A stretch of DNA of 64,000 nucleotides from Lama guanicoe (taxonomy: Eukaryota): positions 5,129,214 to 5,193,213 of the forward strand of contig MU053561.1 in assembly GCA_013239625.1 (NCBI GenBank), given 5' to 3'. This document shows positions 12,675 through 28,600 of this stretch, one piece after another. Within the stretch, counting starts at the first letter, position 1, and each line of letters opens with the position of its first letter. The position numbers and the translations under genes are program-made. The notes beneath the pieces are model-generated. The model saw only the letters and a program-made list of their open reading frames with translations, did no database searches and was not told the DNA's origin.

Positions 12675-14895
12675 AGTTGATATCATACTGAATAGTGAGA
12701 GGCACTTCCCCTTAAAACCAGGAACAAGACAAGGATGTCTTGCTATTTCTATTCAACACTATACTAGTGTGGTTCAATGCAAAGCAGTTAGGCAAGGGAA
12801 AAAAAAATCCAGATTAGAAGGGAAGGTGTAAGATTATCTTTATTTGTAGATGACATGATCTTGTAGTTAAAAAATTATAAGGAATCCATCACAAAAACTA
12901 TTAGAACTAGAGTCTTGTTAGAAAACTATTAGAAAAAGAATTCAATAAGGTTGCAGAACACAAGATCAACTCCAAAACTCACTGTATTTCCATACATTAG
13001 CAATGAGCAATCTGAAAATAAAATGAAGAAAATAATTCCATTCACCATAGCATCAAAAAAATATAATACTTAGAAATAAATTTAACAAAAGAAATATAAA
13101 ACTTGAACTCTGAAAATTACTAAACACTGCGAAAGAAAACCTAAATGAACTTGATCATATTTATGAATCCGAAGACAACACTGTTAAGATGGCAATCCTT
13201 CCTAAAGCAATCTACAGATTCAAGCAATCCCTATTTAAAACAAAACAATAACTTTGTTTTGCAAAAATAAAAAAACCTACCCTAAATTCATATGGAATCT
13301 CAAGGGACCCTGAATAGCCAAAACAATCTTGAAAAAGAACAAAGTTAAAGGACTCACAATTCCTGGTTTCAAAACTGACTACAAAACTACAGTAATCAAA
13401 ATAGTGTGGCACAGATATAAGGATAGATATAGGATACAGATCCACAGAACAGAACTGACAGAAGATGTAAATCATTATAGTCAATTGATTTTTGACAAGG
13501 ATGCCAAGAACAGTTTTCAGCAAATTGTGTTGGGATAACTGAATATCCACATGCAAAAGACTGAAACTGGACTTTTCCCTTATACTATATTCTAAAATTA
13601 ACTTTAAATGGCTCAAAAACCTAAATATAAGAGCTAAAACTATAAAACTCTTATAGGCTTCATGACACTGGGTTTGGCAATGATTTCTTGCATATCAAAG
13701 GTACAAGCAACAAAAGAAAAAAACAAACTGGACTTCATCAAAATTTAAAACTTTTGAAAAAAAAATACAAACTTGTGCAAACAAAACTGTCTACAGAGTG
13801 AAAAGGCAGCCCCAAAGAATGAGAGTATTTGCAAACCACATAACTGATAAGGGATTGATAAGAATATAGAAAGAACTCCTACAACCCAACAACAACAACA
13901 ACAAAAATAATTCAGAAATGGGTAGTGGACTTGCACAGACTTCTCCAAAGATATACAGATGCCCAATAACCACATAAAATGATGTTCAACATTACTTAGT
14001 CATTAGAGAAATACAAATAAAAACCATTATGAGATATCACTTCACATCCACAAAGATGGCTATTATTTTTTTTTTTTGAAAAAGAAAGAAAATAACTAGT
14101 GTTGGCAAGGATGAAGGATGTAGGAAAACTGAACTCCTGTACATTGCTGGTGGGAATGGAAAATGGTGTAACCACTGTGCAAAACAGTCTGGTGGTTCCT
14201 CAAAAAGTTAAACATAGAATTATCATATGACCCAGCAATGCCACTTCTAGTTTTATAACAAAAGGAATTGAAAACAAGGACTTAAACACTTGTACGCCAA
14301 TGTTCAGAGGATTATTATTCACAACAGCCAAAGGTGGTAACAACTCAAGCGTCTATCAACAGATAAACAAAATGTGTATATATACACACATACAATGGAA
14401 TATTAATCAGCTACAAAAGGTAATGAAGCTCTAATACATGCCACAGCATGGGTGAAAAAATTAGGGTTAAGTGAAAGAAGCCCATTACAAAAATCCACAT
14501 AGTGTATGTGATGAATATGACATGCTAGAATAGGCAAATCTGTAAAGACAGAAAGTAAATTAGTTGCTGCCCAAGGTCGTAGTGGTAGAAGCAGTTGGAG
14601 GAGAATGGGCATTGACTGCTAACAGGTACTGGGTTTCATTTTAGGGTGATGAAAATGTTCTAAAACTGATTGCAGGGGGCAGGGTATAGCTCAGTGGTAG
14701 AGCATGTGCTTAACATGCACAAGGTCCTGGGTTCAATCCCCAGTACCTCCATTTAAATCAATCAATCAATCAATCAATCAATTTGATTGCAGTAATGTTT
14801 CACAACCCTGTGAACATACTGAAGACCACTGAACTGTATACTTTAAATGGCTGAACTATATGGTATGTGAACTATATCTCAAGTTGTTAAAAAAA
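12675..14895 (+). mobile_element. Old 5'-truncated LINE-1 (L1MB-type): ORF2 3' part plus 3'UTR
   Basis: Degenerate ORF2 peptide (KKNKVKGLTIPGFKTDYKTTVIKIVW, QLIFDKDAK) and typical L1M 3'UTR motifs; many stops and frameshifts. Confidence 0.9.
14675..14783 (+). mobile_element. tRNA-Ala-derived SINE (Vic-1-like) nested in an L1 3' end, with an (ATCA)n tail
   Basis: gggtatagctcagtggtagagcatgtgctt...gggttcaatccccagtacctcca; TSD tgattgca at 14667-14674 and 14784-14791. Confidence 0.9.
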
Positions 14896-15713
14896 AAAAT
14901 CAGCTGTAAGAACAAGGATCCAGCCATAGGAATCTTTTATATCCAAAGATGCATCAAGATAAACTATCCCTAATCCTGCTCTTTTCATTGTTTTACTCTT
15001 TTTCCCTTTAATAACTCCAGATAACCATTCACTTCTCAAAAAAAAAAAATCAAAGACAAAAAACCTCGTGTACATACTATGTGCAGTAGTCAGCAGTGAA
15101 GAATACACTAGCAGAATCAGTTTCTGCCCTCAAAGAGCTTGTAACATCGTAGTTAGAAGCCTTTCTTTTTTTAAGAACAAGAAATGAGAAGTCACAATTT
15201 ACTTCCATGGCAAAACTTCTTCCTTTAGGACCAGCTCCTTAGGAAGCTGTGGCATATCTTCTGAAGCTTGTGTGTTTTGAAACATGGAAAATTTATTACA
15301 ATACTTTTCAACTTACATGATTTCAGGTAAATCCTCCTAAATCCTATTTTACAGAGACCTAATATACATTGCATTACTTCAGCATGTGTCATACATAAAA
15401 GGAAATAACAGCTCTGAATGAGCCAAAGTTTGCTTTTAAAATTCCAATTTCACATCCTTACTGTACTTTCATATCTTAAACGCACAAGGCACACTGGCTT
15501 CTAATAAGTCATTAGATCTGGAAAAGTAGCAATCTGAAGTTACATAAAGTAAAATCCTTTTTAAAGTATAGAATAGCAAACAACTTCAGACTAAGAAGCA
15601 GTAGAAAAAATTCTATTCTTTCAAAATTATTTTTAATTGGACTATTACTTCCCTACTATCTAAATACTTCGCTAGTACCTCTTTTCCTCTACAATTTCTT
15701 TCACATGTAACTA

Positions 15714-15896
<183 letters not shown>

Positions 15897-15999
15897 TTAC
15901 AAAAATAAACATTATTTTGGGAAATTAACTATGTTGACTAAGTCTTATTTTAGAATCAGGTAAAGGTACATTGATTTAATGAAACTGAAAATGATCTTT

Positions 16000-16320
16000 G
16001 GTATAAAATCCATAATTTGAAACTCCTAGGGCCAGATATGTTTTGGAACTCAGAAATTTTTGCATTTCAGAAAGGTACTACATATTGCATGATAAATCCC
16101 AGTGGAGTTTAAGGAAGCACCTCATAATCAAACACATTAATATTTCTGCAACAAAACATATGAACAATCACATTAAGCAAGATAAATGCTTTAAACAGCC
16201 TTACACTAATTCAAGTCAGGTCATGCCAACAAATAAGCTTATACCAAACTCAGAAAAAAGATTTTTAGCTTTGAGAGCTTTCTGAATTTTGAAATTACAG
16301 ATAAGAGATTATGGATTTAT
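16000..16320. mobile_element. Tigger-type DNA transposon remnant
   Basis: Degenerate inverted ends (aaaatccataatttgaaa ... ttttgaaattacagataagagattatgga). Confidence 0.45.
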
Positions 16321-19195
16321 TCTTTCTATTCTTAGCACCTTTTTAATTATGGAAAAATCAATTAAATGGCCTGATCAAAAAATACCCCTTTGTGACAGAA
16401 ATGTCTTCCATAGAGACAGAGTGGTTGACGGTAAGGACTCTACAGCCAGACTACCAGGGTTCAAACCCTAGTTCCATTATTTAATAGCAGTAGGCAATTA
16501 ATCTCTCTGTGCCTCAGGTTCCTCATTCATAAAATGGAGATGAGTACCTACTACGTAAGGTTGTGGTAAGATCTAAGTAAATAAGTAATAAGTAATAATG
16601 ATGATGATGATAATGATGTTTAAATATTAAAGCTCTTGACCAGGGCCTGGCTCATGGCAAGCACTATTTAAGTGTTAGATAAAACAATGACTTTTATTAC
16701 TTTATCAACACTATTTTAAAACTTTGAATTGTTTCCAGAAATATTCATCTCCATTAATGCTCTCAGTGAGAAACCCAACCGTAGGGAATCAAGAGAAGAC
16801 TATGGTAATAACCATAAACTAAGAGCTTTATATATATAATCACATCCAAGGCAAAATTATTATCCCCATTTAAGAGGGAACAGAGGCAGACATATTAAGT
16901 AATTGGCCCAAAATCCCATAGTTAATAAGTAGCAGAGCTAGAATCTGAATCCTGGCAGTCTTGCTCTGAAGTTGAGTAAATTATTCTGCCTCCAAATGAG
17001 TAAATGTTAAATACATACCCATCTATATACATCTATTTGGCAAGGTGGTATACATGGTATTTTTCAAACTGTGACTAAAATTAAGAGATAAGTGGGTTCA
17101 AAAAAAGGATGATAATAATAGGTAACTTTACTATTGACAATAATAGGTGACACTTGTGTAGTGCTTACTATGTGCCATCCACTGTTCTAAGTTCCTTATA
17201 AATGAGTTCACTCAATCCTTACAACAAACCTATGAAAGCAGGCATTGCCACTATTAAGTCATCAATTATAAGATGCATATTTTTTTCACATTTTAACATC
17301 TCTAAAATTAAGAAGATTCTTGCAAGTGATGGTAAGTTTTAGTTTAATGGCAGATCCTGTACTTTCTTATTAGTACATAAATCATATTTCATCTTATAAT
17401 GATGGTATCTTAAAGTCTATATAAGAGTGTCATTTCCATTTTAGAAATGAATAAACTGGGCACTGACAGGTTAAGTAACTTGTCCAAGGCTGGAGCCCAG
17501 GCAGTAGGGATTCAAGGTCTGAGCTCTTAAATACTTTATCATCTTCTCCAAATAATTTCCTTTCCTTCTTATAAGTCACAGGATTTGAATCTGTAAGGAC
17601 ACTCCAGATTCATATCCCTCATTTAACCGAAGCTAAACAGAAAAGCAGATCTCTCCATCAGGAACCATCTAATAGGCCATGTCTCCTCATGGAACGCCTA
17701 GGTTTCCCAAACTTTATTTTCAAGCAATGTGTGCTTACTGTTGCTTTGTGTGTACGCAGGGGGAACAAAAGACTGAGTGGGGAGGGAGTAAAGATATTGT
17801 CCTAAATAAGAATATCCTCCCTTAGAAAATAGGATAAATTAAAAGACTTCATAGGGTCTAGAAGCTTTCCCAATCCTTGCACAGAAACAGCAGAAGATCC
17901 AGGCCTGTCGAGGCTTACACTATTTGTAAGCTAAAGGTTGAAGCACTAATCTCATCAGTTTTTGTCCTGTTTGATGTGAACTGTGGTTCTGTGAGCCAAA
18001 GAAAAAATCTTCAAGAGTGATATTCCTGTTGCTGGTGGCTAGAGCCCCGTTATTACTGATGGAATTTCAGGGTTCAATGAAATACAACCACTGTGGTATG
18101 TTTGACAGCATTAACAAACTAGAGGGTAAGAGTACCCAGAAACATAAAAGCTTTTCTAAAACTGAAAAGGAACCAAATTTTAACTTCCACTGAGCAGAAT
18201 CATTAATTTCTAAGTTCATGACAGAGCCAAAAATAGCTGGCAGGGAAAACGCAAATGGCTTTGTGCCAAAATGAAAACTGGGCTTAGAACATTCCTAAAC
18301 ATCAATTGAAGAGCAGCAGATTGATTCTGCCATTCCACTATAGCAGGAAGACATTTTAAAATCCAAAAGGTAGGTCACAGGGAGGGGCCAGACAACCCAA
18401 TAATTTACTTCTTTAAAAAGGTTGCCATACATAATATGTGACAATTGTTAGGCTTCTAAAGCTTAGAGTTTCAGGGAAATTAAGAAAAACACTAATTCCT
18501 GCCCCCAAGTCCCATTAAACAAAAAAACCCTGAAGATTGGCTGGAGTCACTTTTTCCATTTGGTCTTACCCTTTGTTGCCTTCTGGAGCAACAAAGGCAG
18601 CTAAAGATTTCCAGCAAAAGCTCACTCAAAACAGTTAACTCTACCACATCTACCATACAAAAAAGTAAGTATCAAAAGAAAAAAAAAAGCAGTAAAAATA
18701 AAAATAAAATAAGGCTGCTTAGTCTATTGAGGGCTGTTCACTATCATTAGAGCCTAAAAATGTTAGACTTACCTAAACTCTAAGAAACAAAAAGACTGAC
18801 GTTATCTTCTTTTACTGAACAGAAATGAATAATTTAGAGCAAGTTCACCTTTAAAGACTGAATGTTTTAAATTGTGAATTCAGATTAAAATTCTTAATAA
18901 TATTTTCATTACTATATCATCTTTCCTCTTGGCTTCCATTATCTCTCAATCCCTCAATATAAACTCTAGACACTAAAATTCTGGCTCTACTTCATCTATA
19001 TAGTAAGACAATTATTCTTCTAAGTCCCTTTCCAGCTCTGACATTCTAGCTGGACAGTAAAAAAGACCACCTACTGAAGCACAGGAAAGAGGAAAACAAA
19101 ACTGGCAGCCCTTGGTAGAAAAATGGTATTAACTGTACTTTGGACACAGTGGATCTCCTCTTTGAAGTACATTCCATCCTTAGAGAACAAATACT

Positions 19196-19314
19196 GGGGT
19201 GGGGGTGGGTATAGCTCAGCAGTAAAGCACATGCTGAGCATGCACAAGGCTCTGGGTTCAATCCTTAGCATCTCCATTGAAAAAAAATTTTTAATTAAAA
19301 TTTAAAAAAAAACC
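19196..19314 (+). mobile_element. tRNA-Ala-derived SINE (Vic-1-like)
   Basis: Same head sequence and an A-rich tail; TSD caaatact at 19188-19195 and 19315-19322. Confidence 0.9.
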
Positions 19315-20358
19315 CAAATACTAAACAGGCTCTAATTAACCTGGTGGTAGAGACAGCAATTCATACCTTTTTATTTCCCAACTTTAAATACCTTTAAATT
19401 GAAATTTTTCACCTAGGTCGTAAAGATTTATTTCACCGAAACCCAGAGCAAGCTGCGGCTTGGATCATTTAACAGTACAAATCATCCTCTGCTCATTTTC
19501 ATGAACACTCTTGTTTCTTCCTACCCATCTCAGAGCCATCAAACTCACTTATCAAATAAGAGTCGTTACATACAGTCTAACTTCCTGCATCTGTGGCTTA
19601 GGTGTAACTGTGGTTTCACTGTCAGATGAAACTGGATCATTTGTTTGTCTAGGATGAACTGAAAACATGCCTTCCTTCTCTAGACCTTGTCCTTCCATAC
19701 ATAATAAAATGACCTCAGCTTTAAATAAAGGCCAGCTAGTCTGTTCAGAATGGAAAAGCTTTGAGCTTGTAAGCATGGCAAAACTTTGTGCCTAAAACTC
19801 AAACCCCAGAGACAGCAACTTTTCATGAAATTAGTCTACATTTACATTTACAGCAGGCCAGGAAATAAAGTACTTTATTTGTACTGTCTGAATCATTGAG
19901 TCATGCCAGTGGCCAACAGAGACAGCATGGTGGCAAAAATGTATGTCAACTGATAGTACTTTGGCATGTTATCAGCAAGGTGAAGCAATATAAACTAAAA
20001 AGGAGGGTAAGAGGAAGACTGGCTCTGGAGCCACAATGTTTCACTGGCCAAAAGGATTTCAGAGAGGTTTTCTGAAAGACAAGAGGGTAAGGATTTAATG
20101 TACTCTAATAAAGCAACAATGCAACATGAAGAGGATCACTGTGGATAAAACTAACAATAAAGAAGAACTGCATAAGTTCCTATTCTATTTGCCTTAGACT
20201 CATTATCAAGTATTACTGTGACACAACAGAACACTCGTGTTAAATCTTAAATGTAGTCATGCCCTGGATACTGAACCTCAGTATACACAGTAACTTCTCA
20301 GTAATACACAGAATGAACTCCTGTTTTTAAGGGGTATACTAAGCTCCATTTAAAATTA

Positions 20359-20510
20359 CAGTTGGCCCTCTGTAACCACAGATACAAAACCTGTGGATGT
20401 GGAAAGCAGGCTGTACTACACCATTTTTAATAAGGGACTTGAGCATCTGTGGATTTTGGTATGGGGGTGGGGCCTGGAACCAATCCCCCACGGATAACGA
20501 TGGATGACTG
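20359..20510. mobile_element. Tigger-derived MITE (MER2-like)
   Basis: TA-flanked with terminal inverted repeats (ta|CAGTTGGCCCTC ... GGATGACTG|ta); internal agggacttgagcatctgtggattttggtat. Confidence 0.75.
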
Positions 20511-21294
20511 TACTTCCGTATCGAACAACTAAATGCAATGAATTTATAGGAAACTTTGTTGAAGAGTAATTACTGGTGGATTTAAAATTTTGAAAATCAT
20601 ATTTTCTGTAAAAACAAAACAGAACAAAATTACTCAAGGAACAGCTTAAATTAAATTAAAAGAATAAGAAAAGCAGCAAAGACCAGCAACCTAACACTGA
20701 AAAGTATTCAAATAAATTACACATTAGAGAAAGCTAAGTTGCCAGAACTAATTATCACTCAAGTGTCCTTTACCCTTTAAGAGAAAATTCCAGAAAAGAA
20801 TATTTCATGAAATAATTCTTATCTCTATCACTCTTTTCAATCTTAAAATTGCTCTGCTGCCACAAGAGAATGCACTTTCTCTCTGACAGAGCAAATAGTT
20901 AAAGAACACCTGCTGGCACTGACTGGAGAAAAAGATCAAGAAAGCAAGATCTGATCAGCCCTCATGCCTCAGCTGTGCTCTCACTCTTACCACCCCCATG
21001 CTCACAAAATGAGATGCAGAGTTCAACACTTCAGTGCGCCTATAGCGTATACTGTATATGTGGGGGGGGGGGTTACTCAAGGGAAAATATTAGAAGCAAA
21101 GTAACTGGAACCTAAATATCCCAAGTCATAAATAAATAAATGGAGGTAAAATTCTCAAAATTATCCAAGCTGCCTAGAGCAGCATGAAATCAAAAACCAA
21201 AGGTCTTAAGAATTTCTTTATTCATCTCACTCAAGTAAGAAATAGCATAGTTTTATAAAACTATAAAAAAAAAAGCTAAAAATAGATGAGGGTG

Positions 21295-22980
21295 GATTGG
21301 AAGACTTCATGCTGTTAAGATGTCAATACTGTGCAAAGTGATTTACAGATTCAGTGCAATCCCTATCAAAAACCAAAATTCATACGGAATTTCAAGGGAC
21401 TCCAAACAGACAAAACAATCTTGAAAGAGAGTAAAACTGGAGGTCTCACACTTTCTGATTTCAAAACTTATTACAAAGCTACAAGTAATCAAAAAAGCAT
21501 GGTACTGGCATAAAGACAAACATTTAGAACAATGGAAGAGAATAGAGAGCCCAGAAGTAAACCCTTATATATACGGTCAAAGGGTTCTGATAAGAGTGGC
21601 AAGACCATTCAATGGAGAAAGGACAATCATTCAGCAAATGGTGCTGGGAAAACTGAATATCCATATGCTAGAGAATGAAAATGGACCCATACTTTATACC
21701 TTACAAAAATTAAATATTTTATGTCCTACAAAAATGGATCAAAGACCTACATATAAGTGCTAAAACCATTTGAAGATAACAGGGAAAGCTTCATGTCATT
21801 GTTTTGCCTGTGATTTCTCGGATAAGATACCAAAAGTACAAGCAACAACAACAACAAAAAAATCGGACTTCATCAAAATTTAAAACATTTTGTGCAAATA
21901 ATACTATCAATAGAGTGAAAAGACAATACTATGGAATGGGAGAAAATAACTGCAAATCATGTATCTGACCAGGGATTGATATCCAAAATATATAAAGAAC
22001 AGCTACAACTCAACAACAACAAAAAATCCAATTAAAAAATGGACAAGGGACTTAGACATTTCTCCAAAGAAGATATACAGATGGCCAATAAGCACATGAA
22101 ATGATGCTCACTATCACTAATCATTAGGGAAATACAAATCAAAACCACACCATTTCACATACATAAAGATGGCTATTATCAAAAAAAGAAAAAGAAAAAA
22201 AGAGAGAAAGAAAGGAAGAAAGAAAGGAAGAAAGAAAGGAAGAAAGGAAGAAAAATTAAGAAAGAAGGAAAGAAAGAAAGAAAGAAAATAACTAACTAAC
22301 AAGTTCTGGTGAGGATAAGAAGAAATTGGAATCCTCGTGCACTGCTGGTGGGAGTGTAACATTGTGCGGTGGCTGTGGAAGAGTTTTTTTGGTGGTTCCT
22401 CAAAAAGTCAAACAAAGAATTACCATGTGACCCAGAAATTCTACTTCTACCTTTGTAACCAAAGGAATTGAAAACAAGGACTTAAACACTTGTATGCCAA
22501 TGTTCATAGCACCATTATTCACAACAGCCAAAAGGTGGTGACAACTCAAGTGTCCATCAACAGATAAACAACAAAATGTGGTGTATACATGCAATGGAAT
22601 ATTACTCAGTCCTAAAAAGGAATGAAATTCTGATACATGCTACAGAATTTCAGGGATTAACCTTGAAAACATTTTGCTAAGTGAAATAAGCCAGACCCGG
22701 AAGGACAAACATTGTATAATTCCACTTAACTGCAATATTTAGAACAAGCAAATTTATAGAGACACAAAGTCCAACAGAGGTAACGGGTAGAAGGATGGGT
22801 AGTTACCGGTTAATGGTTACAGAGTTTCTGTTTTGGGTGATGAAAAATTTTGGAAACAGAGGTAATGGCTATACAATATTGTGAATGTACTTCACCACAT
22901 TGAATGGTACACTTAAAAATGGTTAAAATGGTAAATGTCGTATTAGGCAGATTTTACCACAATTGAAAAATAAAAAATAT
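21295..22980 (+). mobile_element. Old 5'-truncated LINE-1 (L1MB-type) containing a (GAAA/GGAA)n tract at 22181-22290
   Basis: ORF2 remnant ([24 protein letters not shown]); 3' end acacttaaaaatggttaaaatggtaaat followed by an A-rich tail. Confidence 0.9.
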
Positions 22981-23953
22981 GTAGATGGCATATTTTCTGA
23001 GTCCACGTACAGGTTAAAATATCCTTACATTATTTTCACAGATAATATAAAATTCTTAGTTCAGAATTTCTATTTCCTCAAAATTTATTATAGGCATTTG
23101 ACATGTTAGACGTATCTCCTGATAAACATTTTGTGGGTTATCTCTTGTTTAGTGTTTCACTTCTTGATTGGATGAATGTACAATTTGTGTTTAATGCATG
23201 ATCATTAAAATATCCTTAAAATCCTTAAGTGGAAAGAGAAATGAGGTACTGAATAATAACAAGCTCATTTAAAGACATTCCCCTCTTCTTTCAGTAATGT
23301 CCCTCCATTACAGTACAGACAAAATTCTGTATACCAGCATTTAAGGACTGTCCCAATAATTATTATATATTGAAAAGGTAGCTTTATTAGAAGTACCAAT
23401 CTGGAAATATAAATCGCTAAAGTGTAAGATGCTTGGGTCAAGGCCATTTTAAAACCAAATAAATTCATGTCCAAATAAATTCAAAGTAATCTGAGAATCT
23501 TAGAACAAGAAGAGACCTCAGCAATCATCTAATCTAATTCTCTTTATTATGCAAGAAAGAAAGCATAAAATAAAATGTTGCTAGAGTTAAACCTGGAATT
23601 ATTCCCAAGGCATCACACCTGCCAAGATAGGAATTTGGAAAAAAGTAGCAGCATATGCCCAAATTCATCACAAATAAGTAAACATCTTTATATATTTGAA
23701 GACACTTTCAAATGGGAAAATTGGGTATAATGGTAGTAAAGAAAGAGCCAGATGCCAGTATAATTCAACTAGGAAAACCCCTCAAAATCGGAGTGAATTA
23801 ATTTTTCTAGTGTTAAATAAAATTTCAGAAATAATGTTACATATAGGAATGCCACACACACGGAATGAACCTAAACATATTTATCCTATGCTGTGTTGAA
23901 ATCTGTAAGTAAATTCACTGTTATATATAGATAGCCCTTTGTAATACATGTTA

Positions 23954-25117
<1,164 letters not shown>

Positions 25118-25359
25118 TCAACTTTATACCCATCCCCTCAATTGGTACATAAGAAATCTTTCAGTTCAGAAAAACCACAAGTAAACATATACCTGGCTGG
25201 GGTTTTACTTTATACATTTTCCAAGACATGTTTTCCTATTAATAGAAGGATAAACATTTTGGTCTAATTACACATCAATCACCCTTTGAGACTCAGCAAT
25301 AATAGGAAACTGTTGAAAGAGTATAAACGTCTACAATATTTATAAAATAAAAACAGTAA

Positions 25360-25600
25360 CAATAATAATAGCTTAGATGATTGATCACTTACTATGTGCC
25401 AAGTGGTAGTCTAAGCACTTCACACACATTACTCATTTAATTCTCACCACAACCCTTTGAAAATATTATCATTATTTCCATTTTACAGATGAGGAAACTA
25501 AGGCACAGAGCAGTGAAAGTAATTTGCCCAAAGTTACACAGCTATTAAATGGTAGCACTGAAATTCAAGACCAGGCTCTTTTGTTCCAGAGTTCATTCCA
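25360..25600. mobile_element. MIR SINE; other MIRs at about 3820-4075, 16420-16680, 16850-16990, 26645-26760, 41500-41650 and 59800-59960
   Basis: MIR core cattttacagatgaggaaactaaggcacagag...ttgcccaaagttacacagcta. Confidence 0.8.
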
Positions 25601-28600
25601 CAGCTCTGTCTTCATTCCTGCCCTGAGTAACTTTTTAATCAATTACTTAAATTTAGCAATAGATGGCATGCTTATAAAACTCACAGATGAACCAAATTTG
25701 GGCAGGATACTCAATATTGCCAAATAACAGGTCCAAAAAGATCACAAGGAGCAGACGCCATAAGGTGAATCTAGCAGACGACATTTAACACAAATATAGA
25801 TTCCCTACTTAGGTCCAAAATTTGGCAAGCACAAAGCACAAGGATAAGAGATACAAGGTTTAGCAGGAGAATATATGAAAAACAGTTTGTTAGTAAGAGG
25901 AAACATTATGTAATAATGTTCCCCTCCCCTCAAAAGCTAATTCAATCTTAAACTATATGCACAGAAGTAGTAGTATCCAGAAAGTGGAAGACAAAGTGAA
26001 GGCAATTCACTCTGCTCAGACCACACATAAAATAGGGTCTAGGTCTCACCACTACATTGTAAGAGGACCACTGATAAGCTGACCAGAAGAAAAGAAATCA
26101 GGATGACGTGAAGCCTAGAGAGACTCTTCTGAAGAACCACGGGAAATTATTCTTAGAAAAATATGAAGAAAGAGACTGAGAACAGCCCACCTTTCTGTTC
26201 CTAAATGATCCACAGACATCTTAAGCTCAATAAACCCAAAGATTAATCCCAAAGCTAACACTTTCAGAACAAAGTCCAAACATTTACCATAGCATACAAG
26301 CCATTTCATATTTATCTTCCCCCTTCTCAACCATACAACCTTTAGATGCCTTGGGGCTCCACAGTAATCCCCCTTCTCTTGCTCCACACTTCCCCCTTTT
26401 CAATAAACTACTTCCCAGAACTGGTCATCTGCGAAAAATTCTCAAATCTCTCTCTAACCCGGACTTCTCTTGAACTCCAAAGCCTTATTTACAAATGTCC
26501 ACTCCACACATCAACTTACACACATCTCAAATGCAACATGTCCAATATTATACTTTTGAAGCCTCCACCCCATGCCCAGTTTCCTACCTCGATTATGAGA
26601 CCACCATACATCTAAAACCTCAAGCCAAAAAACAAGGAGGCAATGAGTCTCAGTTCCCTCATTTGTAAAATGGTGACAGCAATACCTACCTTAGAGGGTT
26701 ATTCTGAGAATGATTTAATACATGTGACGTGCTTAGTGCCTAGAACTCATTTAATATTATTATCCTGACTCATTCCCCTCCCTTATTCCTCTCCCTTAAT
26801 CCCCCATATCTAATCTATAACCAAATTTTATCATTCTACCTCCTAAGCATGTTTCAAATCAGCCATTTTTCTCTACCCTTATTGGAATTTTTCTAGTTCA
26901 AACTGCCAGTAGCCTCCCAACTCATCTCGAATGCACTCAGGGGATCTTTGTTTTTAAACTATGTAAATCAGAGGACTGCTCTTTCTGAACCACCTCCCTC
27001 CCTCTGCCTCCAGGGTTTTTCACTGCTTTGGGGATAAAATCCAAAATCCTAAACCTGCCTTAAAAAGCTTACCAAATATCGGGTTGCTGTGTCCTAAAAT
27101 CTCCCCACCTCGATTCCTCCATTCCAGCCATACTGCCCTTCTTTCAGATCCTGGAAGACCCTCTAACATGTAGAAGACTTTCTGCTAGGAAAACTGTTTC
27201 CCAAGTCTCGCACTCATAAAAAACACTCTCCACAATCACCACCACCAGTGCCGCCCTCCCCCACCATGCACTCCCATAACACTGTGTACCTACCTTATAA
27301 CATGAATGTTACATTTAATGTTACATTTCCAGCTACAGTAAAATTTCCAGGAGGACAGGTACCATACCTGTCTTGTTCTTTTGCTTATATTGCCAGAATC
27401 TACCACAGATTCTGGCAGTATACAGGCAGACACTCAGGGTGTTTTGACCCCTGCCTACCAACCTCAAGTCTACCTCCTACTACTCATGTTATAAACTGCA
27501 AGATTTTCAAATGCTTGTTTTGTTTTCTTAAGTCCCTCTCTTTTATCCACTTGGCCCTTGAGATATGGGGGAAGTCTCCACTCTAGCACATACAGTATAA
27601 CTTTGTTAATCATAAGAGAATAAATACACACAACCAGAAAGGAAGGAAACATGACAAGGGATGTTACAGAACATAAAGAAGCAAAAGTATACATCTCTTC
27701 GTGCCTGAATGCAACTAACAACCATCTGCACTGGACCAAATAGCTGGAAGGAAGAACAAATCCTAAACTTTCCATTTTAAAATGTGCTCTGGATTTACTT
27801 TAAACAAGAGTTTCCATAATTTATATGAACCTTGAGGGTAAAAAAGTGTAAATTAAAAGATAAAGTTACTGCAATTTAACTCCTAGGTTACAAATTTACA
27901 AATCATCTTGTTCTACCTATATCACTGACATAATATCAAATTATAATACAGGAAAAACTGAAATCAAGTAGTGCCTTTACAAAATTTATCTATTAATATA
28001 TGCAAAAATATTTATCATAAAATCAAGTCAATTTTTGAACAGTGAAAGTAAGCAGATTTTTCAAATTTGTTTTCCGTATCTGGTGAGTTACTAATTTTAA
28101 CAATCTATCAAAAAACACAAGCACAACCTTTATGTACCTAAAAGTATTTAGTAAAAGAATTTGAACACAAAATTTGAAGTGTGTAGCTATGTCTAGGAAT
28201 ATGGAGGCTCAAAGTAATAAAACTGAAAAGAATTCATTAAGTGTAATACCAAATTTTTAAAGTATGATCATAACTAGACACTTTTTATAAATACTGCATT
28301 TACCAGAGAAATGTTACTGACAACTTTTCACCCAATGAACAAAATAATAGATACTAATGGCTTAAAATCTTCACACTGAGCACTGCAAAAAGCATTAGTT
28401 CTAGGAGACTGTTCTGAAAGTTTAAGTATATAAATGAATATAATTCTTAATGACAAGCTTAAGTCTACCACAAGGGAAAGAATCCAGAATTTCACTGGCC
28501 TTCCCCCCAGCAAGGCTGTGTGGTCCTTAAGTCAATGTCATGCCACTAGGACTCTGACAGTGTGGCTAAGACTCATCCTGACCTCAACTAGCACTAGGTG

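Noticed and set aside
13212..14612. ORFs resembling reverse-transcriptase protein fragments (also 21331-22594)
   Set aside because: Decayed L1 ORF2 sense and antisense fragments with many disruptions; not functional genes.
14675..14752. tRNA-Ala(AGC)-like sequences, here and at about 3480, 19200, 39075 and 44385
   Set aside because: They have mismatched stems, SINE tails and target-site duplications, so they are retroposed SINE heads rather than tRNA genes.
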